Shown: positions 1-23,786, numbered from the stretch's first letter. The stretch is 64,000 nucleotides of DNA from the human T2T-CHM13v2.0 reference genome, Homo sapiens (GCF_009914755.1 NC_060932.1), one strand, 5' to 3'. Program-made: numbers and translations. The notes: generated by a model from the letters alone, not told the origin.

Positions 1-197
1 ACCAATCCAGTTGTTTCTGCACCTTACTTTCATTGTCTATACATCACTTTCCTTTTTCTGTCCATAAATCTTCTACCACATGACTACACTGGAGTCTCTG
101 AACCTACCCTGGCCCACAAGCCTGCTCGATTCACGAATCATTCATTGCTCAATTAAACTCCTTTAAATTTAATTCAGCTGAAGTTTTTCCTTTATCA
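1..197 (+). mobile_element. 3' part of the 5' LTR of an MER57-type ERV1 provirus (truncated by the window edge)
   Basis: Aligns to the 3' half of the LTR at 7190-7863 (ggagtctctgaacctaccctggc...ctcctttaaatttaattc); ends in ...TCA directly before a PBS. Confidence 0.85.
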
Positions 198-199
198 GA

Positions 200-216
200 T
201 GGTATCAGAAGCAGGG
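200..216 (+). promoter_or_regulatory. Degenerate retroviral primer-binding site, tRNA-Leu type
   Basis: TGGTATCAGAAGCAGGG, 2 nt after the LTR end, resembles TGGTGTCAGAAGTGGGA, the complement of the tRNA-Leu 3' end. Confidence 0.65.
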
Positions 217-2015
217 TTTGAGTAGAGTTTCCAACAAACCCCAGGAAGACTGAGTGACCAAAGCAAGGTACCCACAGGATCCAATTGTGTCCATTGATCT
301 GTCGGAGCAGCTGGGCAGCATTCTGAAATTCTCTCTCGAATTTCAGAGCTCCACAGATTTGTGTTTTGAGCTCTCCAAGTTTCTTTTAACAAATTCTGAT
401 CCAAACTGGGCTTAAAGGTCATGACAGAAACTGGACTGGGTCCAGGATTGGATTTGATTTAGTAATCTGGCTTGAATCTAGTTAAAGGCCTCTTATATCT
501 GACTGGATCAGAAAAAAAAGTAAATGGTAATATTGCAGGGGTTGCAAAATTTGGCTTTTGAAAATTCACAGGGATTTTCATGTTCTACACGTTTCCTTTT
601 TCTTACGTGCTTCGGTAGGAAAAAAAAAATATATCATTGGCTAAGTTAATCAAAGGAACCTGAGAGCAAAGTCAATATCTTAGGTAAAAATGAGATCCTT
701 AATTTACAAAGTACTGAGTTCCTTCTGGCTTATACTTGCATAAGTGTTAGGTCCCAGAAGCAGTGAGGTCTTATAGAAATGGCAAAATCTTACTTAATAT
801 AATGTAGAGTGGAACGTTCCAAATGAGCAAAACTACACTGAAGTGCATTTGAAAATGAGGGCTCCCAAATTAGTCTCATCTAGGGGTGCCCATTGATATG
901 AAGAAGCTTCTAAAAAGATTTGAATATTTTTATTTAAAGACTGTAAGAAGGACAAATAAAAAGCTTAAGTAACTAATTGGTTTAAAAAAATTAAATCTGC
1001 TAACTTTTTAGCTTAGGTACCATCCCAATTCAAAGGAAATAGACTGGAGCACCAATTGGCTGACTTTGGGTAAGTAATGGGGTACATTTTACCTGAGTAA
1101 AGGACGGAATTGGACTACAGACCCTCCCCTCAGTAAAGTCCCTCTTGGTTAAAAGTGGATTTGGCACCATGGGATGTTAACCACTATTCTCTTTGGATTA
1201 ATCTGCCGTGCACTCTTTGCTGACAGCTATGGGTGACAGGGATAGGCATGTACAGGACCAACAAGCAGCCACCTGAACTTTTGATTCAGTATCGCTGCAA
1301 TGTGTGGGTCTTTCTCTGGCCTCCCTGAGCTCCTCACCTTCTCCATACCCTGCCACAGGGAATGCTTGTTTTTTTTTCTCGTCTTTCTCTTTCCTATCCT
1401 TTCTGTTACTCAGGGCAACCATCTTACCCAGAGACCACATGTTGAAACTCCTGGTCAGATGTTGGATTAAAGATGACAGGGCTCAACTGGGGGCAAGTTT
1501 GAGTCTTTCCAGTTCAATATTGGGTGCTAAGCAGAATGGCTAATGTCTATGTTTTGTCACATGTGTTTTGCTCTGGACAGAGTGGAAAATGTTAATTTGA
1601 TTACCCCATGCAGCCCCTTGGACAGCATCTTACAAAATTGAGAGGTTTTGCCTGTGGTTCCCTGAAACAGAAAAATAATAATAATATTCTTTTGTATTGC
1701 AGCTTGGCTTCTAGGGCTACAGTGTGGTGAGCAGGGTTGCTAGGGCCTCTCAGGGAAAGGAAACCCAGCAGTCTGTCATGCCAGCAAAAGAGTAAAGATT
1801 ATTTACCAGTCAGACATCTAGCCTCTCTGTCTGTGCAAACTGGTTGAATGAATGGTAAAAATCATGATTCATCTCCTCTGTAAAGTTTTGATTAGTGCAA
1901 AAAAGGATTCTGAGGCTAGTCTTAGGCTGTAGCAAATCTCGTGTGCTTTGTATGTCTTCCTTTATGGTTCTATCATAAAGAGGGGTACCTTAGGCCAGAA
2001 CATGGGCTTAGGTCC

Positions 2016-2394
2016 TGATATAGTTTGGCTGTGATACCACCCAAATCTCATCTTGAATTGTAGTTCCCATAATCTCCATGTGTCATGGGACAGACGCGGT
2101 GGGAGGTAATTGAATCATGGAGGCGGTCCCCCCATGCTATTTTCATGATAGTGGGTAAGCTTTCATGAGATCTGATGGTTTTATAAGGAACTTTCTCTTT
2201 TTGCTTGACTCTCATCCTTCTCTTTCCTGCCACCATGTGAAAAAGGACATGTTTGCTTCCCTTTTCACCATGATTGTAAGTTTCCTGAGGTCTCCACAGC
2301 CATGCTGAACTGTGAGTCAATTAAACCTCTTTATTTTATAAATTACCTAGTCTCAACTATGCCTTTATTAGCATCATGAGAACAGACTAATACA
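2016..2394 (+). mobile_element. THE1 (ERVL-MaLR) solo LTR inserted in the MER57 internal region
   Basis: TGATATAGTTTGGCTGTG...CAGACTAATACA termini; 5-bp TSD ggtcc/ggacc. Confidence 0.9.
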
Positions 2395-3783
2395 GGACCC
2401 CATAAAGTCACTATTCACGATGATGCAGCAAGCCAGTCAGTAACAAACTTTGCTGCAGATCCCTGAAATAAACAAAAAAACTGGATGAGGTCTCCACCTT
2501 GTTTTATGTCCTTGAAAGCTTGACCTTATGACCATGTGGTGGTTATTTTCTCTTGGTCTCTGCCTTCCAGGGAATAGGATTTTGGGGACTTATGTCATAG
2601 CACTAAAAATTATCTCAAGCAGTTAAAAGTCTTTGCAAGCTCAAAACTGATTGCTCCAGATTCCTTCTGGGAAGAGCAATGGAAACTTCCCAGTGCTGTA
2701 GCTCAGCAGCTAAGGCTGTGCCATTTTACAATGGTGGCCTGGATTCAATCTAGCATAGGAAATTTCTTGTTGATATCTGTGTGACCTTTACCATTTGTTG
2801 ATTCCCTTCTCCTCCATGAACAACTTCTAGCTTCCCTCCTTAGGCCCTAGAAACTGTCTGCTTTCCTGACCCTGTTCTTGGAAGGGCTCCACCTTGAAGC
2901 CAGTTACGAAACTTAAAAACTGGCAAATAAAAAGTCTTACAACTACTGGATCTTCTTCTGTCCGTCTGTGTAGTTATATATGTGTTGTGAGTGTGATGGT
3001 AATGTAGAACAGCTCAAATTAATTGGCTTAAAGAAAAGCATTTAAATCGAATATTTTGAAAGAAAAAAATACTGTAATGTCTTTTAGTTCAAGTGACTTT
3101 AGTAATCTTTGAGAAATAAAAATAGTTTTAAATATTACTAGTAAAATAAAGAAACTTGGTCTAAATTAGGCAGGTCTGATATTAGTTTGCTAATGCTTTA
3201 AGATCATAAACTGCTTCCTTGGTTTTTGAAAGTTGTTCAACTTGCCTGTTTTATAAGTAGGTAAGGCCTGGGGACATGTGGTCCCCTAGCTATGCTGGAA
3301 AGAGTCAGACCTTATCCATACATAATTACAATCACTTACCATATTTTTCACAAAAAAAAAATTGCTAAAAGTTAACATTGTAACATATACTTGAGACTAC
3401 TGAAAAAACAGTTTTACATGCAAGGTGGATAAGAAAAGTAAAATGTGCTTTTAGTAAAAGATTATAAGAAGACATGGAAATGTAAATTTTTGCCTGGTTT
3501 AAAGGATTATTTTAAATTAGATAGAATAAAGCTAAAGGTTTGAACAAGTTGTGAAAGATTTGTGAAAAATTATTTGTAAAAGAGATCCCGTATATGAACA
3601 CATTGGCTAAATTTAAAGGTATATTATCCATTTTTTTCTGTAAATTGAAGATTGGAATAAAAGCACAACAGAGTGTGCTTAGAGCACTGATCTACTCTTT
3701 AACAAAGATTTGTAAAGGGTTATAAAAGGTTTATGAAAATCTTACCTTATGGTCAAACTGATTAAAATTGGTAGATTTGTCTA

Positions 3784-4116
<333 letters not shown>

Positions 4117-7100
4117 AAGATTGGGGTTGGCATTAATAATACACTAATGCAAGGGTGAAATTTGGCTTTCTCTCTTGAACAAGATTTTCATGTAATATTA
4201 AAGGATAATGAAAGATTTTTTAATGCTTTTTGAATAAACTACCAAAAAAAGAAGGGAAAGACAAGAGACTGGAAAGCTAAGACTTTCCCCTATCAATGAG
4301 TAATGGTTTTTGACTTTTTAAAATTTGTGAGTCATCATTTTGCCTGAATGAATGACTTACATTGACCTGGAATTCTATTTTATAATATCAAGTGTTTAAA
4401 ACCTTTAATATATTTGATAGACTTCCCCAAATCAAATTTCAGCTTCAAAATTGTCTTTTCTGACCTCTAACTTTGAAATTCTACAGAGGGCCCCTGAAGC
4501 ATCGAAAAGAGAGGTAAACAGGATTGTTTGACATGTTAAGTTACGTGGGAAGCATTGTCAAAATAAAAAATAATGTTTAAACTTCTTCCGGTTATATTTT
4601 TAGTGAATGATATTAATATATGTTCCAAAATTATATGGGATTTCTAAAATTCTAATGTCTGAGAATATGCTATCAATCATAATTTTGGTTATTAAGTTAT
4701 TATAAACTATAGAAATAACTAAATTTCCTTGACAATTGTGTCTTTAACTATGACCACTTAAAGTCATTTCCACAGTTAATTGCTTAATGCTGGTGCAGTT
4801 TCTGAAAACCTCACAAGCATGCAAAATCCTAGAATATGGTGTCTTTTAGGAGGTTCATGAAAAAATAAAAAGGACCTGTAAAGCACTCTTGAATACAGGT
4901 TTCTCATAATTTTAAAATCATATCATTTGGGCTAGGTAAGCATTCCTGGAACTCTAATGAAAAGACTGACTGGTTTATAAAATGCTAACCCAAGTAGAAC
5001 AAAAATTAATTGAATATCAAGAAAATACTTTGCCAGATTTTCATGCTAAATCAGCCAATAGTGCAATTGTTTAGATACACAATTTGAATGAACTCCATGG
5101 TCTAAGTCAAATTACCTATGATAACCTACCAGCTATTAGTGCTATGCCCCTCAATTGGAGAAACAACTGGTATTTAAGAGGACATAAGTCCAATGTTAAA
5201 GATGAACTCATGGAGAACCAGGACAGCTGCCTTGTCCTTCCTGAGTTCTTAAAAAAAGAAAGTTTTGCATTCCATGACTCATCCTGGAAAACCTAAAGTG
5301 ATCTAAATTAAATATACATTGGTGTGGTGATTTCTAAATTGCTAAAATAATTTGAGTAATGTTTACTTTGTCAAACCCATATTCCTGGGAAGACAATCAA
5401 AGCTTCTGATAAATTTGGCTACCTGATGGGCCATTTAAACATATGTAGAGGGATTTTATTCAAATGTCATTTTCAGTGCATGTTTTCTGGTTGCATTAAA
5501 AAACTTTCCCATGCAAGAGGGCTGATGTTATAAGAGTAATTGTTATGCCACAGTGGTATTTTCACCAGGTAAAGAAAGCTTTTTATGGTTCACTGACTGA
5601 CCACAATCAACCTCTTCACAATCTAGAACCCGAAGATTGGATCTTCTGAGAACATCAGAGAAAGACTGCCCTTGCCATCCACACTACAACAAAACTTTAG
5701 GACCTTGAACCTGGTTTCATAATATCACAACTGAGAAGGGTCGCTCCACACTCTTGGAACTGCACTCCTATTGGAACCCTTAAGGTAAAGCTAACCAGGG
5801 AAGTTTCTCCCCAAAAGAAAACGGCATCCTTGATGTGAACAGCTTTTCCCAAGATCATGCATGAAGACTTCTCTACTATTATGAGATGCTTATCTTTCAA
5901 TATTTTTCTCTTGCTTATGCCTCTATGAACAATAGAAGTGAAAAAGGCAGTATGTTTTGTGCACTTATGGGGTATACTTTTATTTGTGAAGGATTTTGCA
6001 GCCAGCCTTATACCTGGATAACCTTATACCTTGATGAGGCCCCAATGTAGGTGAAAAAATTAAATAGTACATATGTTCCTGCATAATCAGTCAGAAACAG
6101 AATATTGGTTCACTCCTCTTAACCCACATCACAAGTTAAAGAGAAAATTGCCAGGAGGGCTCCTTCACTCCTTTAGAAGGACATCATTTGTTAGGTCCTT
6201 TTTCCATGGTTCAGAGTAAAAGAAGCAATGATTGGGAATGTACCCCTCATGATAGGCTCTATAGCAGATTCTACTGTAAAGCCTATAGTTACACAACAGA
6301 CTTTAAATTCTCTTGTGAAATTTACGCTAAATAATATAATTAGCTAAACAGCTGTGCAGCTGCTGGCCCTTGTAGACAATGGAAAATACATCAAATGTAG
6401 ATTACAGACATTTCATTCCAGAGGATTAATGAAGAGTCTTCTTAGTTAAGTGAGTAGACTTTTTATCTAGCTTATTCTTTGATCTATTTAATTTTAGGTG
6501 CTTTGGTTTATGCGGACACCGGGTAAGGAGCATATGCCAAACTCATAGTATTATCCTCCAGATAGTCATAATAATAGTCTCCCTTGCAGGCTGTATTCTC
6601 TCAAAGGTTTTAAATATTTGCATGCAGCCATATCTAGAATATCAAATGGTCTCTCTTCAACTGGAATGACAAGAGCTGAAAGAAACGTGAGACCATGAAG
6701 ACACTGTAACCTATGAATGATGTGCTGAGGCCAGAAACCCAAAATGATGGTAACTGAGAGTGATGCTAAGGCCCTAAGTTTTAGTTACACTCTCACCTAA
6801 GTGAAAACCTGACCAAAATGGGGGAATTATTTTAAACAAAATTATGGGAGGCCGTTGTTTTGGACTGAGCTCATTCTCTAGGCCCTAACAGACTAAACCA
6901 AACCAAAATAGAATCACTCATGCTAAATGTGACATAATCAAACTAAGACCTTAAGAAAACACGTAAGTCCTAGAACAGACCAGGTTTTGCATTTCTCTCA
7001 TAAACAGGGTGTTCCATAAGGAAGTACTCTCTACTCAGTCCTTGTTCCCACCTTACAAAACCCTCTGTTCTGCTGTTTCCCAGTGAATTTCAAGACCAAA

Positions 7101-7189
7101 ACAGTATATTTATGATAGTGATAGTGACATCAATGACTAAAGTTTTGGTCAATGTCTCAAAATTGAGAAAATGACCAAAAGTGGGGAAT

Positions 7190-7863
<674 letters not shown>

Positions 7864-9804
7864 TCATTTTCCTTGTTTTAAAAAATCACATTTCAAAACC
7901 TGGATGGCCTGTCGTTACCTAAATACTCAACCCAGCATTTCAGCTCCAGAATAATCTGGAATCAACCTACACATTTGGGCTTCTCCTTTCCTACTTCTCT
8001 TCATGTAGGCAAAATGTTAGCAAAAGCAAACACACTGCAGTCTTTCTTTCATTTCAGTACAAGTAAACAAATGTTTAAAATATTTATAGAGATTATTCTG
8101 TATAGAGTGTTCTGGCTAGACAATCTCCCCCTCCTCTCATTTGTATTTAGTAAAACTATGTACATATCTATGCATCTACATACAATCCATTTCATTTGGA
8201 CTTAAGGTAGACACTTTATCATTGCTTATCGACTCAATTATGCATTCAATAGGTGTTTATCAAGCACATCCTCTGAACACATAGGTAACACAAAATCAAA
8301 GATTTTAAAGAATTAATCATCCAAGGGAGGTTGACAGAAACATAAACTACAGAGTAAAATACTTTGTAATACTTTTGTGCTTATCCCGATGGCTGCTCCT
8401 GAAGAGTGCAACCTCATGCTAACGAATAATCTGCACAAGCCAGACATGAATCATCAAGAAGGAAGACTGCACACAGCCTGGCTCTTCATGATCGGTAGCC
8501 ACCTCCTGGTTAAGCTTTTGTGTGTAGTCACTGACCTGTAACTAGTCCAGCAATGCTATTAGGACTCTCCTATTAGCACTCCATTCTCATTCTCTTCCTT
8601 TATATCTAGTTTAAGCACAACCTCTCTATGTGACTTCTCCTTTGATGCAGATGAACGTCGCCTTTCATGTCTGATTCGAACCACTCATAGAGATGCAGAT
8701 CCAATGAATAATACTTGGATTATCAAAAATCTATCAATAATCTCAATACTGTGATTATACAAAGTTTTCTAATACTACAATGTATCAAACTATATATTTG
8801 ATCAGCTTATTAATGTCATTAGTGAAGCTCATTGACCATATACAATGAACTAGATTTAGATACTCGTTTCATTATGTAACCATTAAAACTGACTTCTTAG
8901 AAAAGTTTGGATAGCTGTGAGAAATTTCCTCTTTCACATATACTAGTTGAATTGTCATTTTGTTTTTTATATGTAATTTAAATAGAGCAACTGGGCTTCA
9001 GTCAGTGAGCATTTATTGACCATCTGCTGCATGCATATCCCTAGTTCATGGAAGAAAACTAAAAAACAATTCAAAGCAGAATTCAAGTTATAGCTTCAAA
9101 AATAAAATAAATAAGAAGGACTTTTTTCTTATTTGGTATCTAGCAAAAGAGTTTCCCTTTCTATGCCTAAGAAGTAAAGAAGCCTAGGATATAAATGTTT
9201 GATAATAATCTGAAATAAATATGTCAAGAAAGAAATTCAACTGCTATCTTAAAGCAAAAGAGCAGCTAAAAAGGAAATGAACCCACCTGAATCTCTATTC
9301 TGGAAAAACCCATATTATTACAAACGACCTCATGATTTGTACGGCCTTGAGATGGCTCAGTTAAATAATCTTCAAGATATTATGGTTAACTCTCCCATCC
9401 CAGGATTCTTGAATGACAGTTTCAGGAAATGTTAGGGAACATTGAGGCAGAATGCCTTGTAATTTCTTGGTAAGTTCCAACTTGAAGCAGGTGGTCTGTG
9501 AGGCCCTAACTGAGAAATTATTTTATCTATAAAGTAACATGAAATGATATGTGAAATGCTTATTTTTGCTAGATTAATAACAGGAATGATGATACAAAGT
9601 GCTGTGTTTTCCTTCTTTGCAACTGCCTCAGTACAAGCTGCGTCAGCATATGCTAGGGAGCAGTGACCAGGCTCCAACTACTTTTTTTTGCTTATCAACT
9701 CAAAGAAGCAACTTCTCTACTTCATACATACTAACACAACTATGATAGGCAGTGAGAACAGAAAACTGAAAGATGTGAAAAGGAATGTGTTCTCATAAAA
9801 CCTA

Positions 9805-10128
<324 letters not shown>

Positions 10129-11239
10129 CCTGTACAGGTAGATATATGAGGGCTAGAGCAGAAAACAAATGAAATAATGAAGTTTATGGGGATTCTGAGA
10201 AAGCATGAAAGGAGAACAGATTCTTTTTCCTTTCCTTCCCAACTCCCACCCTTTCCTGGAAGAGTCCCTGTTGAAATTTACGAATATCTGTGATATCTGT
10301 GATCAGCTAAAAAGTATGAGATTGGTGCCAATATACCATTCCTCAGATTGAGAGAAAGCTGTGGATGCTAGGAGCACGAGTCAAATTAATAGCCAAGAGA
10401 CAAGCTCACTCAGCAAAGGGAGGGCTCCTATAGTGTCTGGACTAAATAGGGCCTTTCATGTCAGAAAGCTGCATAGACAATCAGTAGATTATCCAGAAGC
10501 TATCAAACATAGCCAGCATAACATATCGCTTGTGTCAGTAATATAGATAGTACACACATTTGAAGCCACACAGAGATAGCAGTGAGTCCAAGGCATAGGC
10601 ATCCCTCCTCCCTTCCCCATCCCACTCTAGCTTACTATAGATATGCATGGATACATATAAATATATATGTAGAGATATTGATACACACACACACACACAG
10701 AGCTTATAAGCAACATAGAGGAAGAGAATAGAAGAGAAATCCCAGCTGACTTTTGTAAAACCAACTGACTTAGACAATCAGAACTAAATTATGGAATAAC
10801 TTTTGTATTGGACTGAATATCTGAAAATTAAAAATTAATTTTCTGTTGCTAAGAAGAAGTAGGGAATCAAGGACAACAAAATCTATGTTCAGTTATAAAA
10901 TAAAATTCTACTTTTTCATCTCTGAGAATTACAGCCTGTCAAAATCACAAACTACCATGACAGTAGTATCTAATTTCTCTACTTTGTGTACAGGAATCTT
11001 GGAGAAGATTCGACTGATCCAATTGCTGAAATAGAAAGTGCCAGGAAGAGTTATTTTAGGTCAGGTTTCCTGAAAGTATAAAATAACTTGGTGAGAAAGT
11101 AAAAAATTAAATGGAATAAAAATGATATACCTCCTTCAATAATATAATTATATGTAACAAAGTAAAAACTCTATTAGCAGTTCCTATACTAATTTCCAAA
11201 TTTCTCTGCATTAACTTACCAGTTAAAATAATTCATATT

Positions 11240-11520
11240 CAAATATTCATTTATTCTATTCATTAATTCATTTGATGTATTATTATGAAGTGCCCAGAGT
11301 GTCAGGCATTGAGACTATATAGACATAGTCTGTGTGCAGAGATCCTGTGGTCTGAGAGGGGGATTGATATAATACAGTGTGATAAAGGTAACGATAAAAA
11401 ATGAACTAGATATAGTAGTAGCACAAGCTCAGTTCGGCTTGGTCCAGTAAGAGAAGGCTAGCCAGGGAGAAAAGGGAACAATGGCAAGCAGCAGAAAAAT
11501 GCATGAACGTCTGCAACAAT
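11240..11520 (-). mobile_element. L2 3'-end fragment
   Basis: ttcattaattcatttg...gtgccc...gtcaggcattg pattern typical of an antisense L2 3' end; highly diverged. Confidence 0.5.
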
Positions 11521-11742
11521 GGCACCTCCAGAGAACTGTTTAAGAAAAGTAATTTGCAGCTGGTCTCTGTGGTACCTCTGTGCTTGCCTCCATAGAACCC
11601 TGGAGCCATGGTACTGACCCTCAGCCAAGAAAGGAATAAATTGTGCTACCTAGTGATTAAAGTATGCTGTTTAAAATCCGAAACTCCTCGAGGCATTTTG
11701 TATTAACCTGTCTACATTGTTTATTGAAAATGTATAAATCAG

Positions 11743-14465
<2,723 letters not shown>

Positions 14466-14659
14466 ATTTTCATATGTTATAGAAAAGACAGATCAGTAGT
14501 TTGCACCTGATTTAACCAATTATGCAGTTTGCTTTTAGCTACATAACCAGTGGCTTATCAAAGACCTCTTGGTAAATTTGACTCCCTGAGACCAAAGTAA
14601 CTTGCTCTATCTTGGTGATTCAAAATCTGAAGCTTAAACACATCTTGTCCAAAAAAAGA

Positions 14660-15242
14660 TCTGTGATGTTTCCTAAAAAATTAAATATAGAATTACCAAG
14701 TAATCCAGCAATTCCACTTATAAGCATATACCAAAAACAAAAATTGAAAGCGGGGCCTTGAAAAGATATTTTTATGCTTGTGTTCATAGCAGCATTATTC
14801 ACAATAACTAAAGAAGAAACACATGTTCATCAACAGATGAATGAATAAGCAAAATATAATATAGACATATGCAGTATTACGCAGCCTTAAAAAGCAATGA
14901 AATTCTGATATATGCTACAATAAGGATGAATCTTGAGGACATTACATTAAATGAAATAGGCCAGTCACAAAAAGACAAATACTGTGTAATTACTTATAGT
15001 GAAAATCATAGAGACAGAAGATAGAATGATAGTTGCCAGGGGCTGGAGGGTGTCAGGAATGAGGAGTTATTGTTTAATGAATATATAGTTTCAGTCTTGC
15101 AAGATGAAATGAGTTATGAAGATAGATGAACATAATAATTATAAAATGTTATGAATGTATTTAATACCACTAATCTGTACACTTCAATTGTTAAAATAAT
15201 AACATTTTATATCATGTGTATTTTAACACAACTTTTAAAAAT
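14660..15242 (+). mobile_element. L1MB-like 3' end
   Basis: gaattacc..aatccagcaattccact...gccagtcacaaaaagacaaatactgt...ttttaacacaac motifs. Confidence 0.75.
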
Positions 15243-15284
15243 AGAAATGAAATTAAACTTAGGCAATCACCACCTCTTACACAT

Positions 15285-19415
<4,131 letters not shown>

Positions 19416-19779
19416 TCTTGTACATCTCATAGTTTAGTTGTGGCACAAATAAGTGATAGGAAGATTGCTTCACTAGTAAGCAGACTCAAGAAAAAAAGGA
19501 GAAAGTTTTAGACCTCTCTGATGTTTGTCTGTACTATCTTTCTGCTGCTATGCCATATTTTTAATCTTTATTAAAGCCTTACATGAATATATTCTTTATA
19601 GTTTTGTCCTCAATTATATGACAATGTAATTGCAGAAAAATGCACTGGTATTTTAGGAAGACATAGAGTGTGGTCCATAAGTGAGGTGAAGGAACAATAG
19701 AAAGGAATTGGATTTCTGTGGGGGTTTTTTTGTTTTTTGTTGTTGTTGTTGTTGTTTGGTGTGGGCATAGAATGAAATT

Positions 19780-19915
19780 TAAGAGGCAATATAGTGAGGT
19801 GGATAGGAATATGGAGCCTAAGGTCATACTTCCTCTGATCATTTTCTAGCTGTGTGACCTTGAGCAAGTTGATTGACCTTTGTGTACCATAATTTCTTTA
19901 TCAGTATCTTGGAAA
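19780..19915. mobile_element. MIR fragment
   Basis: Core tagctgtgtgaccttgagcaagtt. Confidence 0.65.
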
Positions 19916-20972
19916 CCTAGCAAATAGTAAACATCATGTGAATGTGTAATGTGTAATTTGATTTTATTTCTATTCACACTTTCATTGAAGTCTGAGGAAA
20001 ATCCCTATTTCATTAATTTAATGCATTTATAATGTTATTCCTAAGTTTTGGATAAGATACTTATTTCAAAAACAAAAAAGGAAATGAAAACAAGAACCCC
20101 ATAACAAAAAAAAACTATATGTTACAGTGAAAAAAGTATTTTTTATCTACAATTTCTTGACCCACATATAGTTATTTTTTAGAAATAAACATCAATTTCT
20201 AAAAAGTAATTTTGTGAACAGATCCTACATTAAATCCCTCAATAAATTGAATATGTATTTTTTATCTTAAATAATGTAAAAGCAAATGTATTTAGAATAG
20301 AGTTATAAAAGATATTCCGGTAACAAAGAAAGAAAGAAAATTGAACAATTCACTGGGGAGAACAATGCTATACAGGGTGAAAAAAAAATCTCTCCTTTTA
20401 AATCACTAAATGGACTTATTATCTGTTATATCTTAGATGACGGCAGAAGGAGAGAAGAGACATTAATTTATATCACTATATTAGCCTGGGTTTTTTTTTT
20501 AATACGATTGTTATTTCTACCTGCTTCACTAGCCCAAGTGCTTTTCTACGCACATCAAGTTGTTAATAAACTTGCAGTAAATATAATACCATCTTTTAAT
20601 TTCAGCCGTAAAGAGGTCAACAGATTTTGCATTTTAAAATATTCTGTCTTCAAATCGTACCTTGAAAGTGAAAAATGCTAATTATCTCTAATAAAAACAT
20701 AATTTATTACAGAACTTATTTGGAATGAATGGTGGAATGACGTATTTTTGTCAAGAACTGTGAAGGGTTTGAAATTTTACTTTAATAAGTTAGTCTGTTA
20801 CTATTTTATTGATACTGACAGAAAACACAAAACTCCTGTGTCGGAGACAAGAAACTTTTTTACTTATGTTACAGCAAGCAATGTGAATCCCCATGTGTCA
20901 AATAGTCAATAGGTTGTGCTTTTTTTTTTTTTTTAACAGTTCCAATGCCAGAGAAAGCACTATTACAATTCT

Positions 20973-21233
20973 CTAACACAGGAACAGAAAACCAAACACC
21001 ACATGTTCTCACTCATAAGTGGGAGTTGAACAATGAGAACACATGGACATAGGGAGAGGAACATCACACACATGAGCCTGTCAGGGGGTAGGGAGATAAG
21101 GGAGAGATAGCTTTATGAGAAATATCTAAATGACAGGTTGATGGGTGCAGCAAACCACCAGGGCTCGTGTATACCTATGTAACAAACCTGCACATTCTGG
21201 ACATGTATCCCAGAACCTAAAGTATAATTAAAC
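20973..21233 (+). mobile_element. L1PA (PA7/8-like) 3' end fragment
   Basis: L1 3'UTR ending ...catgtatcccagaacctaaagtataa. Confidence 0.85.
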
Positions 21234-21761
21234 ATTTTTTTCAAAAAAGACAAAAGACAAAAAGTGTTGGCCAGGCTGTGGAGAAAAAGGAACACTTGCA
21301 CACTGTTAGTGGGGATTTAAATTAGTACAGCTATTATGCAAAAATGTATGGAGTTTCTTCAAAACAGTAAAATTAGAACTACCATATGATCCAGCAATTC
21401 CACTACTGGATATACATCCAAATGAAATGAAATCAGTATGTCAAAGAAATATGCACAGTCTCATGTTTATTGCACTAATATTCACAATAGCCAAATATAG
21501 AATCAACCTAAGTATTCATCAACAAATGAATATATAAAGAAAATGTGTGTATATACACACAATGGAATACTATTCAGCCATAAAAAAGAAAGAAATCTTG
21601 ACATCTGTAGCAATAGGAATGAAGCTGGAGGACTTTAAATGAAAAACAAACAAACAAATAAAAACCCAGGCATAGAAAGACAGAGACAACATGTGCAAGG
21701 CTGGTTCAGTGTTTAAAAATCAACTAATGTAATCCATCATATCAATGGGTTAAAAAAATCA

Positions 21762-21920
<159 letters not shown>

Positions 21921-23786
21921 TCATATCAATAAATCCAGAAAAAGCATTTGACAAAAGTCTAACACCCATTCACAATAAAAACTCTCAGTAAAAAATAGAG
22001 GGGAATTTCCTTAAGTTGATAAAGCATATCTACAAGAAAACCTACAGTTACTATTAAACTTAATGGTGAAAAAGTAGAAGCTTTCCCACTAATACCAGGA
22101 ACAAGTCAAGGATGTTTCCTCTCATCCTGCCTTTTCAACATTATACTGGAAGTCCTAGCTAATATAATAAAACACTAAAAGGAAGGGTAAAGTATACAGA
22201 TTGAGGCAAAATAAATAAAACCATCATTGTTTGCAGATAACAGAATGATCTATGTGGAAAATTCAAATGAATAAACAACAGCAAAGAATGCTATTGAAAC
22301 TAATAAGTTATTACAGCAAATTTGCAGGATACAAGGTTGAAATAAAAAATCAATCACTTTTCTATATACCAGCAATTAACAAATGGAATTTGAAATAAAA
22401 AACACAATACCACTGTTATTAGCACCCAAGAATATGAAATACTTTGATATAAATCTAATAAAATGTGCCCAAGATCTATATGAATAAAACTCTGATAAAA
22501 GAAGTCAAAGAAGGACAAAATAAATTGAGAGATATTCCATGTCCCTGGATAGGAGGACTCAATATTGTCAAGATGTCAGTTCTTCCCAACTTGATATATG
22601 GATTTGATGCAATCTCAACCAAAATCTTTGCAGATTATTTTGTGGATATCAACAAACTGATTTGAGAGTTTATATGAAAAAGCAAAAGATCCAACATAAC
22701 TAATATAATATTGAGGGAGAATAATAAAATCAGAGGACTCACAGTATTCTATTTCAAGATTTACTTTAAAGCTACAGTAATCAACACAGTGTGATATTGT
22801 TGAAATAATAGGCAAATAGATCAATGGAACAGAATAGAGAGCCCAAAAATAAACCTATAGAAATAAAGTCCACTGTAAATTAGTAAAGCCATTATGCAAA
22901 AATGTATGGAGGTTCCTCAAAAAATTAAAAATAAAACTACCATATGATCCAGCAATTCTGCTTTTGGATATATATTCAAAAAATGAAATCAATATGTCAA
23001 AGAGATGTCTGCACTCTCATGTTCATTGCAGCATTATTCACAATAGCCATGATATAGGATCAACCTGTGTTCATCAATGGATGAATGAATAAAGAAAATA
23101 TGTTAGATATATACATGGAACCCTATATTCAATCTTATAAAAGAAGGAAATGCTGTCATTTCCAACAATGTGAATAAACCTGGAGGACAGTGTGCTAAGT
23201 GAAATAAGTCAGGGACAGGAAGGCAAATCCTGCATGACCTTACTTTATATTTGAAATCTGAAACACTGAAATTCATAGAATTTGAGAAGTAGAGAGTAGA
23301 ATGGTGGTTACCAGGAGCTGGGGTTGAGGGGTGGAAGGGAAATTGAAAATACATTGGTCAAAGGATAGAAAATTTTAGTTAGAAGGAATAAGTTCAGGAG
23401 AATTATTATACAACATGACTACAGTTATAGTTAATAACAATGTATTGTATAATTGAAAATTGCTAAGAGAATAAATTTTAAATTTTCTCAACAAAAAATA
23501 AGTATGTGAGGTAATTCACATGTTAGTTGATTTAGTCATTCAACAATGTATACATATGTAAAAATGTTACATTGTATATCATAAATGTGTACAATTTTTG
23601 GTCAATTAAAAACATAAAAATTAGAAAGAAAGAAAGACAATGTCAAGAGAATGAGAAAACCAGCCATAGACTATGAGGAAATATTTGCAAAAGACACCTT
23701 TGTTAAAGAATTATTATCCAAAACATACAAAGAGCTCTAAAAACTCACCAATAAGAAAACAAACAACACAATTTAAAAATGGGCCA

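Noticed and set aside
5880-6720. env-like remnant as a candidate co-opted envelope gene
   Set aside because: No open reading frame of meaningful length; only decayed motifs
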